Virus record (IMG/VR): IMGVR_UViG_3300010263_000153
Coordinates: 1-37,373 of that record
Strand: one strand, 5' to 3'
Source: a virus
Taxonomy: Duplodnaviria > Caudoviricetes
Length of the DNA: 37,373 nucleotides
Shown here: piece after piece, positions 30,547 to 37,373 of the stretch
Numbering within the stretch: the first letter of the stretch is position 1
Layout of the letters: each line of letters opens with the position of its first letter
The notes under the pieces: model-generated
Databases searched by the model: none
What the model was told of the DNA's origin: nothing
Seen by the model: only the letters and a program-made list of their open reading frames with translations
Translations under genes and position numbers: made by a program

Positions 30547-32319
30547 ATGGCAAATACTATTTCAGTAATTGAAAAGCCGATCCCCGATGAAGTAAGCGAA
30601 AAGGCGTATGTATTGGGTGTACAGCCCGATGCAAACGGCCTGCAGGCGCTCTATCGTCTGCCGCTTGGCAGTGTCCGCGCAAACGATACCAACGACCTTT
30701 TTATTGTGCCGATTTTGATTGAAAAATACGGTGCAAAAGCGGCGTTTAAGATGTTTATAGAGGCCAATGCACAAAGCAAAGACAGCAGCCTTGCAGACAT
30801 TGCAGACCGCTTTTATAGAGCGGCCGCCAAAACCATTGATGCGACATATACGACCGAATTTTACAAATACACCACCAGCAACAGCCCCGTAGGCACAAAG
30901 CTGGATGACAACGCTACACTGACCTGCACACCCAGCACCATTGCCTCACCCGGCACGGATGACTATGCAGATCTTACGCTTTTTATGACGCATGACGTCA
31001 ATTATACGATTGACCCAGACACGCTGGAGCCGGTGATCCATGCCATAAAAGATGTGTACGGCGAGTTTTCTTACACACCAGAGGACAGCTTTGTTGGTGT
31101 TATGCAAATGACTGGCTGGGTGCGCCGTACCTCGACAGAAACCACTAAAAAGGTTGAATACAGGGCGCAAAAAACGGAGGGCTTTGAGCCGCTACCGGAG
31201 GCTGTCAGAGCGTCAGACAACTCAGTGCGCGCCTTTGTTATCCACGCAAAATATGCTGCTGGTTATAACACAGCCGGCAAGCTGTCCAGCATTTCTGGAG
31301 TACAGCCTGCTACCTTGAGGACAGGGTCAGCAGGATCAACCTCAATTAGCCATGACGGCCAAATTGCCAAGTGGCGTGAGTGGGGCAATCAGTATTGCGG
31401 ATCGTCACTCTGTGATAACGCTTTCCTCCAGCTCATGCTTGAGATCAAGTATGCAAGCCTCGGCAGCGTCAGTGTAATGAGCGGCTGCCGCTCCTATTCT
31501 ACCTCTTACACCGCCGCTGTTTCGGAAAATGACGTAAGGCGTATTATTCTTACTCCTGCACAAGCCGCTTTCTTTGTTGTTGTTAGCCGGGTATCGCTTG
31601 GCACCGAAACAGACCGCTCAAAAGCCACTTGCTATGATGTGTGCGACATTACAACCATTGAAAGTATAGAGGACGTCACCATCGAGGGAACAGCCTACAA
31701 GGCCATAAATTTGGCCGCTGAAAATGCTTTTAATACGGTTGCAGATGTCACAAACATTATACCGCAGCCGTGGCTTACAGGTGCCACAGATGACGTACCG
31801 GGCAACGATGGCAGCCCATATAACAACACGAGCGGCAAAGAACCCTTTAAGCTCCAGGGCATTGAGGTAATGCTCGGTATGTACGAAGTAGCTGCCGATA
31901 TTACCCTGTACGAGGACGCAGTGAACGGCTACACAGTATACGCCAACCGCAAAGCCGCTGAAATCGCCAGCGGTAACGCCGGCACTAACCCGGTTACACT
32001 CGGCACCATCCCCAAAGAAGAAACAGCAGCTTGGAAGTACAACGCGGAGCTTAACTGGGATGAAAACAGCCAGGAAAAATACATGATACCCACCCTGTTT
32101 GATGGCGGCACCACAACGGGTTACAGATCAGCAACATACCGAGATGCACAGAGCACCATTGGCTGGCGTCAGTGGCTGGCCTTTGGTTATCTGTACGTTG
32201 CCGGCGTCAGCGGCCTGGCTTGTGCTGCTCTGAGCCTTGGCCTCGGTTACGGTTACTGGTTCATCGGCGCCCGCGCGAGTGGAACCGGTGGAAACCGGGG
32301 TGAATACACGGCGGCGTAA
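30547..32319 (+). CDS. DGR target protein, putative receptor-binding tail protein with C-terminal variable (C-type-lectin-like) domain
   Basis: 590 aa in the tail module; 3' end carries the VR; ends W..GARAS. Confidence 0.88.
   Translation: MANTISVIEKPIPDEVSEKAYVLGVQPDANGLQALYRLPLGSVRANDTNDLFIVPILIEKYGAKAAFKMFIEANAQSKDSSLADIADRFYRAAAKTIDATYTTEFYKYTTSNSPVGTKLDDNATLTCTPSTIASPGTDDYADLTLFMTHDVNYTIDPDTLEPVIHAIKDVYGEFSYTPEDSFVGVMQMTGWVRRTSTETTKKVEYRAQKTEGFEPLPEAVRASDNSVRAFVIHAKYAAGYNTAGKLSSISGVQPATLRTGSAGSTSISHDGQIAKWREWGNQYCGSSLCDNAFLQLMLEIKYASLGSVSVMSGCRSYSTSYTAAVSENDVRRIILTPAQAAFFVVVSRVSLGTETDRSKATCYDVCDITTIESIEDVTIEGTAYKAINLAAENAFNTVADVTNIIPQPWLTGATDDVPGNDGSPYNNTSGKEPFKLQGIEVMLGMYEVAADITLYEDAVNGYTVYANRKAAEIASGNAGTNPVTLGTIPKEETAAWKYNAELNWDENSQEKYMIPTLFDGGTTTGYRSATYRDAQSTIGWRQWLAFGYLYVAGVSGLACAALSLGLGYGYWFIGARASGTGGNRGEYTAA
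32172..32276 (+). repeat. DGR variable repeat (VR)
   Basis: 105-bp copy of the TR with 16 mismatches, all opposite TR adenines. Confidence 0.97.
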
Positions 32320-32349
32320 GCCGCCGTGTAGAGGGGCGGTCAGCCCCTC
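32305..32349. other. tandem hairpins downstream of VR (DGR target-recognition element)
   Basis: tacacggcggc-gtaa-gccgccgtgta (11 bp, 32305-32330) and gaggggc-ggtca-gcccctc (7 bp, 32331-32349). Confidence 0.85.
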
Positions 32350-32353
32350 ATAC

Positions 32354-32660
32354 AGGGATGTACTGTGGACCCTTGTGCCCTTTGTCCCTGCTGTGGCAGG
32401 CCTTTGGTAATCTGAACAATGCCGGCAACAGCGGCCTGGCTTGTGCTAATCTGAACAATGGCCTCGGTAACGGTAACTGGAACATCGGCGCCCGCGCATC
32501 TGGTAAGATCCTTATTTTTCATTGCGCAGTACATTCCTTGGGCTAACAACCCAAAAATTGAGCTTGAACCGGCACCGCAAGGAGGAGTGGAATTATAAGG
32601 CCGCTCTTGGGGTTAGTAGAACAAACCGAAAGCCCTTGTGCTCAACCAGACGATACTTAG
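32354..32660 (+). ncRNA. putative DGR template RNA (TR plus structured flanks); ends approximate
   Basis: 32354-32367 is complementary to 32525-32538 around the TR; further pairing possible in the TR-RT spacer. Confidence 0.6.
32393..32497 (+). repeat. DGR template repeat (TR)
   Basis: 10 AAY codons, 23 adenines, aligned without gaps to the VR at offset 221. Confidence 0.97.
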
Positions 32661-32670
32661 GAGGGGTTTT

Positions 32671-33843
32671 GTGAGAACATACTGTAAAGGTATTGATCTA
32701 ACTGATCCCGATACAATAGAGCCGTGGGTAAGCCTCTGTATAAACGACCCGAAAAAGCGAAACCGCCAGGGTTTTATTCGGCTCGTGGCCAAATACGGAG
32801 GCGCCCACGGTATTGCGGTAGAAATAACGGAGCGCATAAAAGCCCGTGATCTTGACCTGCCGCCTATACACTATCGTAACCGGGTGGATAAGAGCAGCGG
32901 AAAGCTCCGCAGGCTCGGTATTGAAAGCGCAATGCAGCAGTGTATGAATTATGTTGCAGTGTTTGCGCTCATGCCAATGTTAAAAGCAAAGGTTGGCCCG
33001 TTCCAGTGTGCAAGCATACCTGGGCGCGGCCAAATTTATGGGAAAAAGGCGCTTGAACGATGGATCAGACGAGATCCTAAAGGCACCAAATACTATGACA
33101 AAATGGACGTGCACCACTGCTTTGAAAGCATAAGCCCGCGCACGATCCGGAAACTGCTTGAACGCGATATACATAAAAATCCAACACTTATATGGTTTGT
33201 GCTTGCTCTTATAGGCACGTATGAAAAAGGCCTTTCAATAGGCAGCTTTTTAAGCCAGTGGCTGTGCAATTATGTGATGTCCTATGCTTACCATTACGCC
33301 ACGGAACAGCTTTATAAAACGCGCAGAGGCAAGCGGAAAAACCTTATAAACCACATCCTCATGTTTATGGATGACGTGTATATCACTTCCGGCTCAAAGC
33401 ACGATCTGAAAATGGCCGTAAAAATGCTGGAGCAATATTTCCATGATGTCCTCGGCCTAACGATAAAACCCACACACCATATTAAGCAGACGGACAAAGA
33501 ACCGCCGGACATGATGGGCTATGTTGTGGCCAGGGATCATACCACAATACGTGCCCGGACATTTATACGTGCTCGGAGGGCCTTAATAAGGGCATGGAGG
33601 CGAATACAGGCCGGGCTGCATATCTATCTGCAGAACGCCCGCCGGATCGTGTCATATCAAGGCTATTTTAAGCACACCAATTCTCACAATGTCGCAAAGA
33701 CCTTACACCTTAAAGAGGTGTTTAAGGCTGCAAGAAAAACAATAAGCCGAGAGGCTAAAAAAGGAGTGGCTAAACATGATAACAAAAGCGTTTTACACCG
33801 AGCGCCCGGACAGCATCAAGTATATGCTCTTGCCCTCCGGTGA
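32671..33843 (+). CDS. DGR reverse transcriptase
   Basis: ASIPGRG, KMDVHHCFES, GLSIGSFLSQ, FMDD, DMMGY; GTG 32671 after ggagggg; adjacent to the TR. Confidence 0.95.
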   Translation: MRTYCKGIDLTDPDTIEPWVSLCINDPKKRNRQGFIRLVAKYGGAHGIAVEITERIKARDLDLPPIHYRNRVDKSSGKLRRLGIESAMQQCMNYVAVFALMPMLKAKVGPFQCASIPGRGQIYGKKALERWIRRDPKGTKYYDKMDVHHCFESISPRTIRKLLERDIHKNPTLIWFVLALIGTYEKGLSIGSFLSQWLCNYVMSYAYHYATEQLYKTRRGKRKNLINHILMFMDDVYITSGSKHDLKMAVKMLEQYFHDVLGLTIKPTHHIKQTDKEPPDMMGYVVARDHTTIRARTFIRARRALIRAWRRIQAGLHIYLQNARRIVSYQGYFKHTNSHNVAKTLHLKEVFKAARKTISREAKKGVAKHDNKSVLHRAPGQHQVYALALR

Positions 33844-34144
33844 GGCTGATCTTTGGTTACGCAAAAACATTACCCAAATTTCAGACAGCGAAACCGGCGC
33901 GGTAGGATATGGGGCAGACGAGGCGTATATGCGTACATCTGCAACACAGGAGGACGTGGCAGCGGACTTTGAAACCTGGTTTGAAACCGCAGCTGCTTGG
34001 CAGGTACCTCAGCCGAAAAAGCCTCCGACCCAGGAGGAGCGCATTGCGGCTCTGGAGGCCGAAAATGCGGAGCTCAAAGAAAAGCTAAGCATTACAATGG
34101 ACGCCGTGGACTATATCCTTTTAGGCGTTGACGAGGAGGTATAA
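33776..34144 (+). CDS. phage protein with C-terminal coiled coil (tail-fibre chaperone-like)
   Basis: aaggag SD; overlaps the RT end by 68 nt; PTQEERIAALEAENAEL. Confidence 0.7.
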   Translation: MITKAFYTERPDSIKYMLLPSGEADLWLRKNITQISDSETGAVGYGADEAYMRTSATQEDVAADFETWFETAAAWQVPQPKKPPTQEERIAALEAENAELKEKLSITMDAVDYILLGVDEEV

Positions 34145-34146
34145 TC

Positions 34147-34299
34147 ATGGCCAGATATTTTGCAATGCGCATTGAAATGGGGGCTCTGGATTATAACCTT
34201 GTTATATCCAAATACCCGCAATACAAGGAGAGTATTGACGAGATCCTCATAACAGACGGGTATATTATCACAACCGATGGTAAAGTAATTAAAGCGTAA
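34147..34299 (+). CDS. 50-aa small phage protein (not in ORF track)
   Basis: ggaggt SD; MARYFAMRIEMGALDYNLVISKYPQYKESIDEIL. Confidence 0.72.
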   Translation: MARYFAMRIEMGALDYNLVISKYPQYKESIDEILITDGYIITTDGKVIKA

Positions 34300-34314
34300 G
34301 GAGGGGGCGTCACT

Positions 34315-34623
34315 ATGGCTGACAACAACACACAGGATATTTTAATAAAACTCACGGAGGTGGACGCCCGATGTAAGTCAAACACGCACCGCTTGGATGA
34401 GGTTGAAAAAAAGCAGGCCGACAATGACAAGCTGCTCACCAGCATTGCGTTGATAGCCCAAAGACAGGACACCATCGATAATGATATTAAGGAAATAAAA
34501 TCAGACGTCAAAAACTTAACCAGTAAATCAGCTAAGCGGTGGGAAAATGTGGTTGACAAAATCATCCTCGCTGTGGTTGCAGCCCTGGTGGCGTATGTGT
34601 GTACACGTATAGGGCTCGGCTAA
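34315..34623 (+). CDS. XhlA-like membrane protein of the lysis module
   Basis: coiled coil (KSNTHRLD) plus a C-terminal transmembrane helix; upstream of the endolysin. Confidence 0.7.
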   Translation: MADNNTQDILIKLTEVDARCKSNTHRLDEVEKKQADNDKLLTSIALIAQRQDTIDNDIKEIKSDVKNLTSKSAKRWENVVDKIILAVVAALVAYVCTRIGLG

Positions 34624-34627
34624 TAAT

Positions 34628-34655
34628 GCAGCTCCGTGGAGCTGCTTTAATTTTT
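34628..34655 (+). terminator. hairpin plus T-rich tail before the endolysin
   Basis: gcagctc-cgtg-gagctgc followed by tttaattttt. Confidence 0.45.
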
Positions 34656-34669
34656 AAGGAGGATCAATT

Positions 34670-35761
34670 ATGACATTAAAGAAATGTATTCTAACCGCAA
34701 ACGACTGTTACAAGAAAGGCACAAAGATGACCGGTGGAAAGCCTACCGGCATCGTTGTACATTCCACGGGGGCAAACAATAAAACCCTAAAACGTTATGT
34801 ACAACCGCTTAAAACTGATCCCGACTATGCAGAGATCATTGCCGACATTGGCACAAACCTCTATAACAACCACTGGAATATGTCGGCCGCGCAAATGGGG
34901 CGTTCAGTATGTGTTCATGCTTTCATAGGCGTAAATGCTGCCGGCAAGGTTGAAACATACCAAACCCTCCCGTTTGATATTTGTTGCTGGGGTGTCGGCT
35001 CCGGATCCAAAGGATCCTATAATTACAACCCTACCGCAAGGGTGCAATTTGAGATCTGCGAGGACGGGCTGAACGATGAGGCCTATTTCACAGCAGCCAT
35101 GAAAGAGGCTCAGGAGTTTTGCGCTTACCTCTGCAAGCTGTACGGTTTTGGCGTGGACAAAATCAGCAGCCACCATGAAAGCTACCTTGCCGGGTACAGT
35201 GGAAATCATGGTGACTGTGATCACTGGTTAAAGCGTTTCGGCAAAACAATGGACTGGTTCAGAGCGGAGGTACAAAAGCTGCTTGATGCAGATAAGCAGC
35301 CCAGCACACCTGCAGGCACATTGTACCGGGTACAAACAGGTGCCTTTGGCAACAAAGCAAATGCGGATGCCCTTGCAAGCAAGCTAAAGGCAAAAGGCTG
35401 TGACACATACATTGTGACGAGCGGAGGGCTCTACAAGGTACAGGTTGGTGCATACAGTAATAAAGCTAACGCTGAGGCCATGTTGACTAAGATTAAAGCA
35501 GCCGGTTTTGATGCCTTTATCACAACCCAGGGCGGCCAGGCAGCCGCGCCAGCTCCGGCCAGCAGCACCCTGGCTGTCGGTGACAAGGTAAGGATGCAGG
35601 CCGGCGCCCCGGTGTATGGCTCAACTTCAAAATTTGCCGCATGGGTGTATAACTCCACCCTGTACGTGCGACAGATCAACGGCGATAGGGTGGTTGTTTC
35701 CACGGTTAAAACTGGCGCTGTAACCGGCGCGGTTGATAAAAAATACTTAACAAAAATTTAA
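34670..35761 (+). CDS. endolysin: N-acetylmuramoyl-L-alanine amidase with two SPOR repeats
   Basis: IVVHSTG, VHAFIG, QFEICED, SHHE; LYRVQTGAF and LYKVQVGAY repeats. Confidence 0.92.
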   Translation: MTLKKCILTANDCYKKGTKMTGGKPTGIVVHSTGANNKTLKRYVQPLKTDPDYAEIIADIGTNLYNNHWNMSAAQMGRSVCVHAFIGVNAAGKVETYQTLPFDICCWGVGSGSKGSYNYNPTARVQFEICEDGLNDEAYFTAAMKEAQEFCAYLCKLYGFGVDKISSHHESYLAGYSGNHGDCDHWLKRFGKTMDWFRAEVQKLLDADKQPSTPAGTLYRVQTGAFGNKANADALASKLKAKGCDTYIVTSGGLYKVQVGAYSNKANAEAMLTKIKAAGFDAFITTQGGQAAAPAPASSTLAVGDKVRMQAGAPVYGSTSKFAAWVYNSTLYVRQINGDRVVVSTVKTGAVTGAVDKKYLTKI

Positions 35762-35776
35762 GGAGGAGCACGTCAC

Positions 35777-36127
35777 ATGGAACTGCTAAAACAGTTTATT
35801 TCCGATTATGGCACTACAATTTTGTATGCCATCATTACCGCCCTTGCCGGGTACCTTGGTGTGATAGCAAAGCAGCTGTATACCAGGTACATAAATGACA
35901 AAACAAAGCAGGCGGTGGCCAGAATGGTTGTGCAGGCCGTTGAGCAAATATATACCGACCTGCACGGGGAGGAAAAGCTCAATAAGGCTTTGGCTGCAGC
36001 GTCTGAAATGCTGGTTAGCAAGGGTATTACTATTACGGATCTTGAGCTGCGTATGTTGATTGAGGCGGCACTTGCAGAGTTTAATGATGCCTTTAATAAA
36101 GCGCCGACTTCTAACAATCCCGTCTAA
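35777..36127 (+). CDS. holin (LL-H-like)
   Basis: N-terminal transmembrane helix; VQAVEQIY..LHGEEKL...LIEAAL.EFN. Confidence 0.85.
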   Translation: MELLKQFISDYGTTILYAIITALAGYLGVIAKQLYTRYINDKTKQAVARMVVQAVEQIYTDLHGEEKLNKALAAASEMLVSKGITITDLELRMLIEAALAEFNDAFNKAPTSNNPV

Positions 36128-36354
36128 CATTCTGTTTTTCATGTAAAAATGTTAAAAACATTCTAACATTTTGGCTTGGAAATGTTAGAAACTTTGTTTA
36201 ACTGAAAAACCGCATCACACAAGGCTTTTTTCTGTTTTCTAACATTCTAACATTTTTTCTCTAATAATCATAAAACAGAAGGTTTAGAGAATAAAAATAC
36301 TCTCAAACCGCCTGTGTGACGTGTGTATACGCGCGTGCGCGCGTGAATGTTAAA
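36110..36354. repeat. iteron-rich non-coding element copy 2
   Basis: 6 perfect heptamers (36110, 36123, 36162, 36183, 36238, 36246) plus TGTTAAA at 36150 and 36348; exact blocks of 21-23 bp shared with 8119-8386. Confidence 0.85.
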
Positions 36355-36391
36355 ACGCCCAGGGGCTTATGGCTCCTGGGCGTCTTTTTTT
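36352..36391. terminator. probably bidirectional intrinsic terminator
   Basis: aaaacgcccaggggc...gctcctgggcgt-cttttttt between convergent genes. Confidence 0.8.
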
Positions 36392-36599
36392 ATTCTTGGT
36401 TTGTGTATTCGATGATGTCGCCTGGCTGGCATTTAAGTATTTCACAAATGGTGTTGAGGATCTCAAAGGTGACGGGCTCGCCGGTCCTTAGTTTTTGCAA
36501 CACGGCCTCCCCGAATAGCTTTTCTTTACGGATGCGGTATGTGGAATACCCCGCGGCCTTGAGGGCGTCCACAATGTTTATTTTATATCTGATCGCCAC
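36390..36599 (-). CDS. Cro/C1-type HTH regulator
   Basis: 69 aa; LNTICEILKCQPGDIIEY; GTG start with gaaaggagg SD. Confidence 0.88.
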   Translation of the reverse strand: MAIRYKINIVDALKAAGYSTYRIRKEKLFGEAVLQKLRTGEPVTFEILNTICEILKCQPGDIIEYTNQE

Positions 36600-36624
36600 T
36601 TGGTGCGCCTCCTTTCACGCTTAT

Positions 36625-36731
36625 ATTATAACAGACAACATACACAAAAACAAGTGTATATTTTACACAAATACATACACAAAAGTTTGTGTATGTTGCC
36701 TATTGAATATACACATATATTTGTGTATAAT
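36625..36731. promoter_or_regulatory. divergent promoters with three ATACAC-N8-GTGTAT operators
   Basis: operators at 36640, 36675 and 36709; rightward TTGAAT-17-TATAAT (36703-36731); leftward TTGTTT-17-TATAAT (36653-36625). Confidence 0.85.
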
Positions 36732-36764
36732 AGCATCAGAAAACATGAAACGGAGGAAACGAAA

Positions 36765-37112
36765 ATGACCACTCAAGAAATTAGAAAAACAGTAAACCCC
36801 ATGACAATTTGGATGGCCGATGCCGTTATTTGTGAGGCCAGAAAAGCAATTACAGGTAACACCGGTTGGAACGACATAAAACGCAGCCCGTATAATTTTC
36901 CCGAGGTGGAAATGGCGGGGCAAGTATTAGGTAGACTGTTTAACACTTATGCGGCAGCAATTAAAAATGCGTTGCTGAATATGCCAGAAAAAATGAACGG
37001 CATTTACCGGTTTTCAGATCTTAATTACTTCGATGAGTTTGTAAAAGCCCTTGAAAAAGAAATTACAAGCATTAAGCTCCGCCAGTCTGATTGGATTTTA
37101 GAACGCTGCTGA
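36765..37112 (+). CDS. hypothetical protein (115 aa)
   Basis: ATG 36765 after ggagg, downstream of the rightward promoter. Confidence 0.72.
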   Translation: MTTQEIRKTVNPMTIWMADAVICEARKAITGNTGWNDIKRSPYNFPEVEMAGQVLGRLFNTYAAAIKNALLNMPEKMNGIYRFSDLNYFDEFVKALEKEITSIKLRQSDWILERC

Positions 37113-37154
37113 AAATACTTGCCGGGCCTGGGCGGCTAAACCCCGGCAGAAAGG

Positions 37155-37373
37155 ATGGGTAATATGATTGAGCACCTTTATGAAGTGGGAATTCAAGACA
37201 AGCGCACCGGGAAAAAATTCGACCTCCGCATTTGGGCCGAAAACACGGATGCAGCCGCCCACAAAGTCACTGACGCGCTTTTTGGTGCAGATGGTGAGTA
37301 TCGCTGGACAGGATCCGGCCCGTTGTACAAAGATAATAAGCTCATAACCCGTGAAAGAGAGGCAAGGACATGA
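37155..37373 (+). CDS. hypothetical protein (72 aa)
   Basis: ORF with gaaagga upstream; start may be 37164. Confidence 0.65.
   Translation: MGNMIEHLYEVGIQDKRTGKKFDLRIWAENTDAAAHKVTDALFGADGEYRWTGSGPLYKDNKLITREREART

Larger units (their letters stand above)
3001..37373 (+). mobile_element. cryptic (defective) myovirus-type prophage; right boundary not reached in the window
   Basis: contiguous replication, packaging, head, contractile tail and lysis modules; multiple pseudogenes; no integrase seen. Confidence 0.93.

Noticed and set aside
32358-32546. 62-aa Asn-rich ORF
   Set aside because: It is the TR read in the VR frame, has no clear SD, and is explained by the DGR.
32671-33843. RT as group II intron, retron or Abi RT
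   Set aside because: The adjacent TR/VR pair with adenine-only mismatches and the IG...SQ motif indicate a DGR.
33776-34144. Downstream ORF as Avd
   Set aside because: Acidic, with a beta-type N-terminus and a C-terminal coiled coil typical of tail-fibre accessory genes; does not resemble a basic four-helix bundle by eye. Not tested by HMM.
36316-36768. 150-aa plus-strand ORF and the extended 36600 start
   Set aside because: Runs across a terminator, the antisense HTH gene and the operator region; the real start is 36765.

Overview
Bases 1-2744 hold two host genes on the minus strand: a WG-repeat lipoprotein and an NAD-dependent epimerase/dehydratase. From about 3000 to the end is a decaying Firmicutes (probably Clostridia) myovirus-type prophage, almost all on the plus strand. 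Its order is: 5'-truncated family A DNA polymerase; a DNA-modification/nucleotide cluster; VirE helicase; VRR-NUC/SNF2; late activator; terminases; portal; MuF toxin-immunity pair; head genes; PBSX (Xkd)-like contractile tail; tail fibre; lysis genes; and an HTH switch. The clearest special system is a diversity-generating retroelement (DGR). Its VR (32172-32276) and TR (32393-32497) differ at 16 of 105 positions, all TR adenines. It has tandem hairpins after the VR, a 14-bp helix closing the TR, an RT with an FMDD motif, and no recognisable avd gene. The least explained structure is a ~250-270 bp non-coding element rich in TCTAACA repeats, present twice in direct orientation 28 kb apart (after virE and after the holin). 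No integrase or repressor module is seen at the left end, and several genes carry frameshifts, amber stops or deletion-fusions. Family assignments come from motif recognition and gene order only; no database searches were run.
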